This document shows positions 9,485-19,700 of a DNA stretch of 64,000 nucleotides, one piece after another. Under the pieces are notes generated by a model. The model was not told the DNA's origin, did not search any database, and saw only the letters and a list, made by a program, of their open reading frames with translations. Numbering within the stretch: the stretch's first letter is position 1; every line of letters begins with the position of its first letter. The stretch is taken from sequence record PV740454.1. One strand, written 5' to 3'. The position numbers were made by a program, and so were the translations under genes.

Positions 9485-10366
9485 ATGCAGGTAAAATGGA
9501 CAGAAATGTTCTATTCAGTTCAAGGCGAAGGCAAATACACTGGTCAAGCTAGTTTATTCTTTCGCTTCTGGGGCTGTAATTTAGAATGTCATGGCTTCGG
9601 TCAAGAAGATCCGACGAATAAAGATACGTGGGTATTAGACTTCAAAGACTACGACCCTAAAGCGAATAACGTAACTTCAGTCGAAGAACTGCCTGTATGG
9701 ACTCGTGGTTGTGATTCTTCATACACGTGGGCTAAAAAGTATGCTCATCTTGCTTCTAAGTCTGAAGTGTCAGACGTATGCGAAGCAATGCTTGACAAAC
9801 TGCCTAATCGAGTCTGGGGAGATATTCATTGGGTTATTACTGGCGGCGAGCCATTGATGAATCAACAGCAAATCGTAGACATGATGAAATATTTCGTCAA
9901 GATTGGTAATTACCCGACAAACATCACGATTGAAACAAACGGTACTAAAGAGCTTCATCCTCGTTTCAAAGAACATTGGGCGCTGATTCAATGGGATACC
10001 AATCGTTCAGTAACATTGAATTTCAGCGTATCTGCGAAGCTGTTTAATGTAACAGGCGAAGTGCATGAAAAGGCTATCAACCCAGATGCTGTAGTATCAT
10101 ACGCGAGACAAGGTACAGTATGGTTAAAGCCAGTTGTCGTTGATACAGATGCGTGTTGGAAAGAGCTTGACGAAGTAATAGCAAAGTTTAGAGCTAAACG
10201 CTGGTTACATGATGTTCCAGTTTATATTATGCCATGTGGTGCTACTCAGGAAGAGCAAGAGCAGCAAGGTTATATGGCGTCAATTGCTGAGAAAGCATTG
10301 GCTCGCGGTTATAACGTTTCTGTACGTGTACACGTGTGGATTTGGGGTAACGCTGTGGGTACGTAA
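9485..10366 (+). CDS. queE: 7-carboxy-7-deazaguanine synthase (radical SAM)
   Basis: EMFYSVQGEG, FFRFWGCNLECHGF...GCDS, ITGGEP, IETNGT, RVHVWIWG. Confidence 0.9.
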   Translation: MQVKWTEMFYSVQGEGKYTGQASLFFRFWGCNLECHGFGQEDPTNKDTWVLDFKDYDPKANNVTSVEELPVWTRGCDSSYTWAKKYAHLASKSEVSDVCEAMLDKLPNRVWGDIHWVITGGEPLMNQQQIVDMMKYFVKIGNYPTNITIETNGTKELHPRFKEHWALIQWDTNRSVTLNFSVSAKLFNVTGEVHEKAINPDAVVSYARQGTVWLKPVVVDTDACWKELDEVIAKFRAKRWLHDVPVYIMPCGATQEEQEQQGYMASIAEKALARGYNVSVRVHVWIWGNAVGT

Positions 10367-10394
10367 GTACCCTTCTTTAAAGTGGGAAATTAAT

Positions 10395-10649
10395 ATGATT
10401 CTATTTGGTCACGTAGTTGGTACTATCGGTATGATTCTAATCTGTCTAGCATTCTGGATGGTAACGAGTGAGAAATACAAGCCTACAGACGATACGTACT
10501 TGTGGACTAATATGTCTGGTGCAATTCTGCTGACGATTAGCTTGCTAATCAACTTCAACTTGGGTAGTTTTATGATTGAGCTATTCTGGATGTACATCAG
10601 TGGCACATCACTATACAAAAACTACAAAGAGCGTAAAAACTCTAAATAA
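10395..10649 (+). CDS. Small three-TM membrane protein (CBU_0592/PQ-loop-like)
   Basis: Start re-assigned to ATG at 10395; three hydrophobic helices; N-x2-GA-x-LL and IE-x-FW motifs. Confidence 0.6.
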   Translation: MILFGHVVGTIGMILICLAFWMVTSEKYKPTDDTYLWTNMSGAILLTISLLINFNLGSFMIELFWMYISGTSLYKNYKERKNSK

Positions 10650-10652
10650 ATG

Positions 10653-10680
10653 TTGAATAGATTGCTGATTCGTGTATAAT
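10653..10680 (+). promoter_or_regulatory. sigma70-type promoter
   Basis: TTGAAT-N16-TATAAT with TG; the -10 sits inside the inverted repeat GCTGATTCGT/ACGAATCAGC. Confidence 0.55.
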
Positions 10681-10714
10681 CAACTACGAATCAGCACATT
10701 AACGGAGAATTGAC

Positions 10715-10870
10715 ATGTCAAAAAATAAGCAAAGCAACAAACCTCAAAACTTCGTTGCGAAGCACATGAATACTTTCAATCACGCTTCAGTTGAAGAAGA
10801 TCGAAAGAAGAAATCGAAGCGTTTGACAAAGCGTAAAATGAAACACAAAGGGAAAGCCTATGACGATTGA
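10715..10870 (+). CDS. Small basic phage protein (not in ORF track)
   Basis: GGAG RBS; MSKNKQSNKPQNFVAKHMNTFNHASVEEDRKKKSKR...KHKGKAYDD. Confidence 0.7.
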   Translation: MSKNKQSNKPQNFVAKHMNTFNHASVEEDRKKKSKRLTKRKMKHKGKAYDD

Positions 10871-11159
10871 GGTATCACCAAGTTTACCGTTCCCACCATC
10901 AAAGCCTAAATTTATCCCTGAATCTGACGATCATGAATTCTTTCATGACTGTGCGAGTTTTGACTGGTACTACAAATTCAGTGATAGCTACGACGTTGAA
11001 CTACGCGGGGAACGTGCGTTATCGAAGCTAAAAAGCCGAATAACAAGCGAACGTCGAAATCTAATCTATGAAGCATGGTGTCAGTACATGTTCAGCGGCC
11101 CGAACTACGGTCTAGAACAGCTACCAGAGCCGAAATGGGAAGATTTCAAAGATGCATAA
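10860..11159 (+). CDS. Hypothetical protein
   Basis: 99 aa ORF in operon. Confidence 0.7.
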   Translation: MTIEVSPSLPFPPSKPKFIPESDDHEFFHDCASFDWYYKFSDSYDVELRGERALSKLKSRITSERRNLIYEAWCQYMFSGPNYGLEQLPEPKWEDFKDA

Positions 11160-11421
11160 AGATGTTCTAGGCAATACAATCGAAATGAAAGATATTGTGT
11201 TTCGTCTTTCAAAAGAGCGTTTGTGCGTTGAACCATGCATAGTAACTGGATTTACAGAACACAAAGTTTTATTAAATGACGGTAGACAGTGCGACCCAAA
11301 TCGCGTTGTCGTCGTGACAGAGCAAATTCAAAACAATGGTATTGATCTGTGGTCAAACACACTCGAATTTAAATACCGGGATTACATCATCAAAGGCTAC
11401 GAACGCCTAAAACATAAGTGA
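11152..11421 (+). CDS. Hypothetical protein
   Basis: 89 aa ORF in operon. Confidence 0.7.
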   Translation: MHKDVLGNTIEMKDIVFRLSKERLCVEPCIVTGFTEHKVLLNDGRQCDPNRVVVVTEQIQNNGIDLWSNTLEFKYRDYIIKGYERLKHK

Positions 11422-11428
11422 GAAAAAC

Positions 11429-11701
11429 ATGACATTCTTCCAAAAAATCTTAGCAATTTTCAGCAACACGCCTCGCGAAACAGATGACATCTTAGATGAC
11501 ATGAACAAGCGAGCCAACGAACTTCGAGCGCGTGCGCAGTATGATCAAGATCAGATCTCTGCTAACGAAGCAGAGACAGTTCGAGTGCGTGAAGAAGCAG
11601 AGCGACGTGCGCAAGAGCTTGAAGCTCAAAGCAACGTACGAGCACAATCAAAAGAGCGTGCAGAGCGTGTTGCGAAGCGAGTTGAAGAATTCACAGCGTA
11701 A
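11429..11701 (+). CDS. Coiled-coil protein
   Basis: 90 aa, E/R/A-rich helical pattern. Confidence 0.7.
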   Translation: MTFFQKILAIFSNTPRETDDILDDMNKRANELRARAQYDQDQISANEAETVRVREEAERRAQELEAQSNVRAQSKERAERVAKRVEEFTA

Positions 11702-11714
11702 ACGCAAGCATTCC

Positions 11715-11741
11715 AAAAGCCCCTTAATTGGGGCTTTTTTG
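11715..11741 (+). terminator. Intrinsic terminator
   Basis: AAAAGCCCC-TTAATT-GGGGCTTTTTT. Confidence 0.85.
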
Positions 11742-11748
11742 TGTTCAA

Positions 11749-11756
11749 CATAAATA
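11749..11756 (+). promoter_or_regulatory. T4-type late promoter
   Basis: CATAAATA (1 mismatch to TATAAATA), 21 nt before ATG. Confidence 0.6.
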
Positions 11757-11776
11757 CACTAAAATAGGGGAACACG

Positions 11777-12883
11777 ATGAAAAATTTAAAATCATTTATG
11801 GAAGAGCTTCAGCTAGTAACTGAAGTCTTCGTTCGTGGTGGTCGACCACGAAACGGGTCAAAGGTTCTTGCAAATGGCAAGAATATTTGGGTGTGGAACA
11901 ACGATAGAGAGTTCGAACGACTTGCGCCATTCATCAACCGTGAGTTAGGCACAGACTTTGACGAAGAATACGACGTTGATCAATGGTACGAAGAAGGCGC
12001 ACAAGCGGTATACGCGACGATTGAGAACGGAAGACTAGACATGTCTGGTATTTCTTCTTATCGCCCTGCTGTAACGTCTGACACGCTTCGCAAGACTGTT
12101 AAAGCTCTTAACCTTAACGGTGTTACACGTCGCACGCAATCATTCAACCCAGATTACGATGAAGTCGAACACGATTTCGAGACCAGTCGTTATGAATTTA
12201 ACAAGAAACTGGCGCAGAAAACGTTCTATCACGGTACATCAACTACATTTATTGAGTCTATGCTGAAGTTCGGCTTGAAACCAAACCCAGGCGAAACTCA
12301 ATTTGACAACATTGAACACCAAGACAAAGTTTTCATCACGACTGAGCTTGATAAAGCAATGTTCCATGCGACTCACTCAGCGAACAAAAACAACTCGTTC
12401 CCTGTTATCATCGAGCTACGCATACCAGATGAAGCAAAACTTGTGTCTGACTATGATGTTGTAATTGACACAATGGGTGCTGATTCAGACGAAGCATTAG
12501 AACTTGGGTATTCAGACATATTCTATCAGTTGCCAAATTATCGTGGTGACGGTAGCAAATATGATGATATGCACCAAAGATTCGGCAAGAGACTAGACAA
12601 GTTGAGTACTCGTGTTGGTATCTTCGGGTACAAAGGTCGTATTCCTGCAAGTCATTTCAATTTCATCTTCGCTGACGGTGATGTTATCGAAGAATCTATA
12701 CCTGAAATGTATTGGGAAATGGATGGAGAATTCGATATGTCAGAAATGCGTACAGAATCGACAAACCATCGTTCATTCGATTACTGGGATCAGTACAAAC
12801 CAGATAAATTCATCGCACACTTCGAAGATCTTTGGGATGATCTCAGAGACGAAGAAGATGAAGATGAAGACGATTGGGACTAA
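11777..12883 (+). CDS. ADP-ribosyltransferase-fold protein with capsid-targeting-like N-terminus
   Basis: FYHGTS...GLKP, VFITT, PVIIEL ART-like strands; N-terminus MKNLKSFMEELQLVTE; acidic tail. Confidence 0.6.
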   Translation: MKNLKSFMEELQLVTEVFVRGGRPRNGSKVLANGKNIWVWNNDREFERLAPFINRELGTDFDEEYDVDQWYEEGAQAVYATIENGRLDMSGISSYRPAVTSDTLRKTVKALNLNGVTRRTQSFNPDYDEVEHDFETSRYEFNKKLAQKTFYHGTSTTFIESMLKFGLKPNPGETQFDNIEHQDKVFITTELDKAMFHATHSANKNNSFPVIIELRIPDEAKLVSDYDVVIDTMGADSDEALELGYSDIFYQLPNYRGDGSKYDDMHQRFGKRLDKLSTRVGIFGYKGRIPASHFNFIFADGDVIEESIPEMYWEMDGEFDMSEMRTESTNHRSFDYWDQYKPDKFIAHFEDLWDDLRDEEDEDEDDWD

Positions 12884-12889
12884 ATACTA

Positions 12890-12912
12890 GGGAGCAATGA
12901 AGCTCCCTTTTT
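12890..12912 (+). terminator. Intrinsic terminator
   Basis: GGGAGC-AATGAA-GCTCCC + T tract. Confidence 0.75.
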
Positions 12913-12924
12913 AAGGATTGAATC

Positions 12925-13410
12925 ATGTATAAATGCAAACATTTTACAATTAAAGAGATAGTCACGCCAGATATGTATTATGAATGGGGTGATGCTTGTT
13001 GGTCTCTTTTCGACGACCGTCTATTACGCACTCTAGACGCTCTTAGAGAACGTTTCGGTCCCTGCACCATAAACGATTGGAGTTGGGGCGGATCGTTCAA
13101 ATACAGCGGTTTCAGAGACGAGAATTACTACGGAACGACTACTAAGTACCTTGCAAGTCGTTCTCAGCACAAATATGGTCGTGCTGCTGACTGTAAATTC
13201 CGAGATTTCACGTCTGAAGAAGTACGTAAATACATTTTAGAGAACCCAGACGAATTCCCATACGTGAAATTCATCGAATGTGGTCCGTTAGCTAATGGTT
13301 CTCGTATGTCGTGGGTTCACATTGACGTTCGCAACAGTGAAGACGTTCAGTGCTGGTCTCCACTTGAAGGATTTATTAGCTCAAGTGAAGTAATTCGTCG
13401 CAAACTTTAG
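12925..13410 (+). CDS. Endolysin, peptidase M15 family
   Basis: HFTIKE, SGFR, SQH-x2-GRAAD, WVHIDVR zinc-peptidase motifs; CTAAATA at 12880. Confidence 0.88.
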   Translation: MYKCKHFTIKEIVTPDMYYEWGDACWSLFDDRLLRTLDALRERFGPCTINDWSWGGSFKYSGFRDENYYGTTTKYLASRSQHKYGRAADCKFRDFTSEEVRKYILENPDEFPYVKFIECGPLANGSRMSWVHIDVRNSEDVQCWSPLEGFISSSEVIRRKL

Positions 13411-13474
13411 TTTAACAGCTATCACTTTGACGCTACTATGAATTTGTCAAACAACACAACAAAAGGTCTACTAC

Positions 13475-14182
13475 ATGGGCAAAAAGAAGAAAGAAGAACG
13501 CACAATTGAACGTGTCGAATTGCTGACTTTCAATCAAGAGCAATACGCTGAAGCATTATGGGAAGATGTTGCAGATGACGGCTCAGGCGCGTTCGTATTC
13601 GCGATTGGGTCTGCTGGTACAGGTAAGACGTGGCTGGCAACAACACTCGGTGCTGACATGTATTCAACGATGGAATATACTCAATTCATCATCTTGAAGC
13701 CAACACTTTCTTGCGGTGAAGAATTAGGCTACTTGCCTGGTACTCTTGAAGAGAAAATGGAACCGTGGATTCAAACTGTAACACAGCCATTGAAAGACCG
13801 ACTAGGCGCAGACAAATTCAAATGCGACTGGAACAAGCGCATTCACGCTGAACCTATTCAGTTCGTTCGCGGTAAGACTTTCGACAACTGCTTTATTGTC
13901 GTTGACGAAGCTCAGAACTTAACTAAGACTGAAATTCAGACTATTATGACTCGTATCGGTGAGAATACGAAAATGGTCTTCTGTGGGGACTTGAAACAAG
14001 ACGATCATAAGATGATCTATCGTACTGGTCAGAAAGAAGTTAGTGGTCTAGCGTGGATGGTTAACGAAATTCGTACGCAACAGCGTGCAGGTATCGAGAT
14101 CATTGAATTCACGAACAAAGACGTTGTACGTTCTGGTGCGTGTAAGCTTGCTCTTGACATCATCGACAAGGCAGATTATTAA
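13475..14182 (+). CDS. phoH: PhoH-family ATPase
   Basis: GSAGTGKT, GYLPGTLEEK, RGKTF, DEAQN, TRIG, GDLKQ. Confidence 0.95.
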   Translation: MGKKKKEERTIERVELLTFNQEQYAEALWEDVADDGSGAFVFAIGSAGTGKTWLATTLGADMYSTMEYTQFIILKPTLSCGEELGYLPGTLEEKMEPWIQTVTQPLKDRLGADKFKCDWNKRIHAEPIQFVRGKTFDNCFIVVDEAQNLTKTEIQTIMTRIGENTKMVFCGDLKQDDHKMIYRTGQKEVSGLAWMVNEIRTQQRAGIEIIEFTNKDVVRSGACKLALDIIDKADY

Positions 14183-14487
14183 TGAAACTTATTGACAACA
14201 AGACAGTCAAAATAATCGACATCGGCAATTTCAACAAGCTAGTCAAGCACTGGTATCCAACTGAAGACAAATATCAATCAGTCGAGTTGCTTCTTGAAGT
14301 TGATGAGATTGTAAACATCAAAGTGTATGATGATGCAACTGTACCGGGTGGTACGTATTCTGTGATAACAAAGACATCGAAGCATTACACAACAGTGCTT
14401 GGGTCTCTATTGCAAGATAGAACATCCCCTGACTACAACATCAAAAAAGATCGACACCGTATTCAGGTAACGACAAAACTCAAATAA
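14182..14487 (+). CDS. Hypothetical protein
   Basis: 101 aa ORF coupled to phoH. Confidence 0.65.
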   Translation: MKLIDNKTVKIIDIGNFNKLVKHWYPTEDKYQSVELLLEVDEIVNIKVYDDATVPGGTYSVITKTSKHYTTVLGSLLQDRTSPDYNIKKDRHRIQVTTKLK

Positions 14488-14488
14488 C

Positions 14489-14512
14489 AAAAGCTCCTTC
14501 GGGAGCTTTTTT
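14489..14512 (+). terminator. Intrinsic terminator (UUCG loop)
   Basis: AAAAGCTCC-TTCG-GGAGCTTTTTT. Confidence 0.9.
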
Positions 14513-14555
14513 GTTTAGACTGTCACAAAATTGATATAAAATACTCTGACGGGAG

Positions 14556-14777
14556 GTGTCAATGAAAGACAAACAACAATTGAAAGTTAGATGCTCTATT
14601 CATATCGCAGAACAACTACAGCAGTTACCCGAATTTCGTAATATGTCAGTTACGAAAATCTTCCACACAATATCTACAAATTATCTCAACAATAGTGCGA
14701 TTCAGCACATCGGGGCGATTAATGGACAGAACAGAAATCATCATTCCAACGAAACACGTTCGGAATGCGGGTTATGA
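14556..14777 (+). CDS. Small putative ribbon-helix-helix DNA-binding protein
   Basis: QQLKVRC strand followed by two helices; TTTAGA-N17-TAAAAT promoter at 14514-14542. Confidence 0.4.
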   Translation: MSMKDKQQLKVRCSIHIAEQLQQLPEFRNMSVTKIFHTISTNYLNNSAIQHIGAINGQNRNHHSNETRSECGL

Positions 14778-15453
14778 ATTTGAAGTAATAGACACTAGCA
14801 AGCTAGATCATTACCACGTACGATGTGTTACTAACACACTGTATGACAATAGAATTCAAGGGTCTAAGTTAGACGGGTTTCGAGCTGAAATAACATTAAT
14901 GGATGCAGAATCGCTAATCTTCTTAAACTCGATGAATCTATATGCAAACTTCACTGAATCAAATCGGGCAAACAACGGCATGAAACGTATTAAGTCAGCT
15001 CGATACGACTTTCATCATTACTATCAAGAACAAGAAAACTGGTTCAAATCTATTCTACGACAAAATAAAATCACAGTTACATATTCTAACGGCGAAACAA
15101 GAGAAAAGCTACCTACCTTTTACACTTGTGGTCTACGATTATCAAATGTGAGACGTTCAGCGGACAAAGCGTGCGCAATGCTCGTGCTAGATGAGAATCA
15201 AAAACCAAAGCTATATGCTTTTGCAATCGGTAAGTTGAGGTATGTTGTAGATGCGTATGACAAGACGCAAAACATTAACTGCCCTGCTCAAATCGGGAAG
15301 AAAACGATTGACGTTATTGAGTGTTTAGATTATAATGATGAAGACGATTGGAATGACGAAAATGAACTCGAAGAAGCTCATAAGAAAATAGTCATTCCCG
15401 ATGTATCAGACTTAGACAAAATATTAATGTCGCTAGACGAAGAAGAGTTTTAA
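14695..15453 (+). CDS. Hypothetical protein (start probably ATG 14722)
   Basis: About 243-252 aa ORF, acidic C-terminus. Confidence 0.7.
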   Translation: MRFSTSGRLMDRTEIIIPTKHVRNAGYEFEVIDTSKLDHYHVRCVTNTLYDNRIQGSKLDGFRAEITLMDAESLIFLNSMNLYANFTESNRANNGMKRIKSARYDFHHYYQEQENWFKSILRQNKITVTYSNGETREKLPTFYTCGLRLSNVRRSADKACAMLVLDENQKPKLYAFAIGKLRYVVDAYDKTQNINCPAQIGKKTIDVIECLDYNDEDDWNDENELEEAHKKIVIPDVSDLDKILMSLDEEEF

Positions 15454-15456
15454 TTT

Positions 15457-15756
15457 ATGAATGAAGTATCAACACAAACTTACAAAAGCACCCCAGAACT
15501 AGCTCTTGATATTGCAGCATATGCATCACTGTTAGTCAAGCTCGGTTATGAGGAGTGTGTCACAAATCAGAAACTCTTTGTAGAAATGTGCAACGAAGCA
15601 GGGTTTAGAACAACAACGGGCAAAGAATTCACTCAAATGTCATTCAGACAAATGTTTGCTCGACTTCCACAAGGTACAAAACGCGAAGTTCGCGAATCAT
15701 TCTCTTGGGGTAACGTGCCACAAGGTGAATCAATTCTTGAAAGCATTTATGTATAA
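15457..15756 (+). CDS. asiA: Anti-sigma70 factor AsiA homolog
   Basis: ASLLVKLGYEECVTNQKLFVEMCNEAG...TQMSFRQMFARL aligns by eye with T4 AsiA (ASILIKFSREDIVENRANFIAFLNEIG...NQNSFRKIVSEL); convergent with holin position as in T4. Confidence 0.85.
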   Translation: MNEVSTQTYKSTPELALDIAAYASLLVKLGYEECVTNQKLFVEMCNEAGFRTTTGKEFTQMSFRQMFARLPQGTKREVRESFSWGNVPQGESILESIYV

Positions 15757-15764
15757 GGTAAAAT

Positions 15765-16064
15765 ATGAATTTTGAAATAGCACTACCAGCACTAAAACGA
15801 GGTAAGAAAATATCTCGTGAGGGATGGAATGGAAAAGGCATGTTCATTGTAGCAATGCCAGCTTTATATCTCCCGCCATTTAACACGCAAGACACAATGC
15901 GCAAAGTAAATGATCGAACTGCAAAACACATCGGGGAAGATACGCCATTAGACAGTCAACCATATATCGCAATGTTCACAGCAGATGAAAAATGGCAACC
16001 GGGATGGGTCGCGTCACAAGCTGATATATTCGCTGATGACTGGTTCATCGTACTCGAAGAATAA
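15765..16064 (+). CDS. DUF2829 / Thoeris anti-defence Tad2-like protein
   Basis: MNFEIAL-x-ALKRGKKISREGWNGKGMF...QPYIAM...W-x-ASQAD-x2-ADDW family signature. Confidence 0.85.
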   Translation: MNFEIALPALKRGKKISREGWNGKGMFIVAMPALYLPPFNTQDTMRKVNDRTAKHIGEDTPLDSQPYIAMFTADEKWQPGWVASQADIFADDWFIVLEE

Positions 16065-16065
16065 T

Positions 16066-16094
16066 AAAAAGGAGAGCAAATGCTCTCCTTTTTT
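16066..16094. terminator. Bidirectional intrinsic terminator
   Basis: AAAAAGGAGAGC-AAAT-GCTCTCCTTTTTT between convergent genes. Confidence 0.9.
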
Positions 16095-16097
16095 CGG

Positions 16098-16670
16098 TCA
16101 CTGTTTCTTAGTTCGTTTGTCAAGTTCTTGAACTTTACTGTCAAGATTGTCAATACGATTATTAAGTATCTCACCATCTTTCGCTGTGAAGCGGTCGGAT
16201 GAATCGACATTGATTAATGTCTCTACCCTGGCTAAATCAGTCTCAATTTTAGAGTAACGAGAATGGGTACCGTCTATCTTGTTCATAATGGTGCTTTGAG
16301 TAATTTTCATACTCTCCACTGTATTAACTAGATTTTTGTCACCCAGCTCTGATGAACTCCTCAATGCTCTTACTTCGCTTTCAAGACTACCATAGTTAAC
16401 AAGCACTTGATCTTGCTTTTTGACCATAAGAGCTTGCGCTCCTTCTAAGCCGATAAGCTGTTGTGCTTGCGTTGCGTTTGTTAGTTTGATGTCAGTTATT
16501 TCTTGCATGATTTTAGCGTTTTGAGCAACCGCGGTTCTGCCTTGTTCTTGAACAATTTGTAATGCTTCCTGCATACCACCGTAGTTAGTCGCCACGCTCA
16601 GTGAGCTGATAGCCAGAGGGATAAGAATCGTACCTATAACAGCTAACAATATTTGCGCCATTTTGCTCAT
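16098..16670 (-). CDS. Membrane-anchored coiled-coil protein, probable holin (T4 t position)
   Basis: Single N-terminal TM helix; TATAAATA at 16712-16719; lies between tail fibres and asiA. Confidence 0.45.
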   Translation of the reverse strand: MSKMAQILLAVIGTILIPLAISSLSVATNYGGMQEALQIVQEQGRTAVAQNAKIMQEITDIKLTNATQAQQLIGLEGAQALMVKKQDQVLVNYGSLESEVRALRSSSELGDKNLVNTVESMKITQSTIMNKIDGTHSRYSKIETDLARVETLINVDSSDRFTAKDGEILNNRIDNLDSKVQELDKRTKKQ

Positions 16671-16714
16671 AGTTTTGGTCCTACGTTATCTTAATCTCTG
16701 ACTGTCAATCGTAT

Positions 16715-19700
16715 TTATAATCTTAACAATTTCTTCCACCAAGGGCGTTTAAGCTCTTGTACCTCGCTCTGAAGCGTTTCAATCTTTTCATTAAGCTCTT
16801 TAGTAGCTTCAATCAAAAGACCCACTAGATTCCCGTACGCTACCGAATAATGCCCCTCTGGGTCATCATCTGTAGGGCCACCCATTACAGCTTCAGGTAA
16901 AACTTCAAGAATCTCTTGAGCAATCACACCAGTTTGACGTGGACATTCTTGATCAGTACGGTCATAAGTGTAACCACTTATTTTCGAAACTTTCTCAAGT
17001 GGGTTATCAATTCGCTCGATATTTGTCTTGACTCGAATATCAGAGTACGCAGTTACGTTACCCGCAGTCCAGATGTTTTCACCTATCGAAGATTTTCCAA
17101 CGCCATTGATACACCAAACAGCTTGGTGTCCGCCAGCCATATTACCGCCAGTCGCGTTGTTTGTATGCTTATAAGCAAACCCATACATATTGCCGAAAGT
17201 CGAACCGTCATCTGCGATCATGAACCCCGAACCCATCGACCAGATATGTCCGATCTTTGTTGAATCATAGATTCCGTACATCCCAGAACGTCTTTGACCC
17301 GTCGTACGTGGGTAAATTCGACCAGTTGTATCAAATTGCAGACGTTCATTACACAGATACCCGTGTTTGATCTTAGTAAATCCGTCGCTAGGACGCACTG
17401 TAAGACCTTGGTTCTCAGATGCATACAATGTATCACCAGAGTGCCAAACAAGTCCGAAGAAGGCAGTTGATGTACTTGTGTTAACATCTACCGTATCAGC
17501 CCATGATGCAGTCGATGCATTACCGCTTAGTGACCCAACGAAACTACCATTTAGAGTACCACCAACAACACTTAGACTTCCGCTTGAATTACAATCCAGA
17601 CGAATATCGTAATCTGCTGTGCTATCAGTAGTATGGAAGTCAATGTATCTACCCATTTCAAGCACGCCTGAAGTCGTTACTTTAGGCAAATACTTACCTG
17701 CAATAGTAGCAAATGTTGCACCTGTTGAAAATTCACTATTCTGGGCGAATCTAGAGTTTGATTCAGATTCAGTATAGTAACGACCATCATGCGTGTGAGA
17801 GTCGTTAGCAACAGCAACTGTTAAAGTAACGTTAGATCCGCCGTTTATTGATACAGACCCAGTTGCATCACCAGCTAATGTCAGAGTACGAGCAGTTGTC
17901 CACGTGTCTGCGTTTGGATGATAGTTATCCATGAAGATACGTTGTTTTGTTGCTGCCGATGTCGTATCAGACGTGTTGTTCTTGTACGCATACCACAATT
18001 GCGCCATAGCTGCGTTATCAGCAAATGAATACAGTGTATGTCTGTACTTCGAACCACCGTTATGACCCCATTGAATCCAGTTCAAGAAACTCGACACTCC
18101 CGAGCCAGCAGGTGCGCTAGTTGTACCAGTACGGAACTCTTGCGTTTGCGAGTTCCAGTTGGCGTTCATTGGATTCAATCTATTATGAGTGTGCGAATCG
18201 TTAGTAACCTCAGCCGATAATGTAACATTTGCACTACCGTCGATTGACACTGAACCAGTCAAGTCACCAGCTAATGTAATAGTTCTAGCAGTTGTCCATT
18301 TATCAGCATTTGGGTGGTAGTTGTCTGCGAACAATCGAGACCACGATCCAGTACCGCTACGATGATGCACCTGACCTGATGAGTTGAACGATAGCTGATG
18401 ATTATACGCACCAGTATGTGTATTAATCGTGATTACACCATTCGCGTTGTTTGTCACGCCACTAGGTCTGTTTGCAGTCGATGATTCATACGTCGTATAT
18501 GACAACCCACCTTCATTTGTAAATAGACGTGAATTCAAATCAATCGAAGAGCGAATACCTAGTATATTAGGCAATGTGACATCACCACCAGACTTGAAGT
18601 TGACTAAGTTTGAACCCATAGTCAAGTTTCCAGTCATCGTGTCGCCACCAATATTCACGTAACGAGCATCAGATTCTGATTCAGTGTAGTAACGACCATC
18701 GTGCGTGTGAGAGTCATTAGCAACTGTAGCAGTCAGCGTTACGTTAGACCCGCCATTGATTGATACAGAGCCAGATAGATCCCCTGCAAGTGTTATCGTA
18801 CGAGCAGTTGTCCACGTGTCTGCATTTGGATGATACGCATCATGGAATACTCTCTGATTGACTTTTGCAAATATCTCACCTTCAACTTCCAAGCCAGCCT
18901 GAGCAACAGTACCACCATTAGAACGAATCTGAAGTGCTTGTCCATTACCGCCAGTTGTGTTAAGCTCACCGTCAGTTATTTCATGAACAAGTTCAAGATT
19001 TTGTCCCGCGGATGTAATCCAGTTAATACCAGAATTAGTGTTAACGTAGTCAGTTTCATTAAAGCTAAGACGCCCGCCTGCCTTACTAATAGCAACATTA
19101 CCAGTGAACGTATCACCTGTCACATTAGCAAAGCGTGAGTCTGCTTCTGTTTCAGTGTAGTAACGCCCATCGTGCGTATGAGAATCGTTTACAACTGCAA
19201 CTGTCAGTGTCGCATTTGATGACCCATCAATTGACACAGACCCTGTTGCATCACCAGCTAATGTCAGTGTACGAGCAGTTGTCCATTTATCAGCATTTGG
19301 GTGATATGCGTCATGGAAAACGTTGCCTCCCTTGTATGTGAACACAGAAGCATTTACATTGAACGTATCTCCATTTGAAATCTGAAATGTCCCGTCAGTG
19401 CGAACAAGAGAAGACCCGAAATACACCCCCGTAACGTACGCAGCTTGGTCATTAATTCTCAACCAAGAATCGAAACTTCTAATCGTTGTCTTGTCGTTCA
19501 TATCAAGATTCGACAAGTTCAAATTCAAATTGTCAGTTGCAATGCGCATTCTAGTCGTAGCAGTTGTATCCTCACGAATACTCAACGTGCTATTATCAGC
19601 AATCACAAACCATTGTTTGTTCGTTGCATCAGTTTCTTTCAATAACAGACGCGGTGATGTGCCATTAATCTCGATTTCATTAGCTGAGTTTGTCAGCTTG

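Noticed and set aside
14534-14543. T4 late promoter for the asiA operon
   Set aside because: The sequence is TATAAAATA (extra A) and fits a sigma70-type TTTAGA-N17-TAAAAT better.
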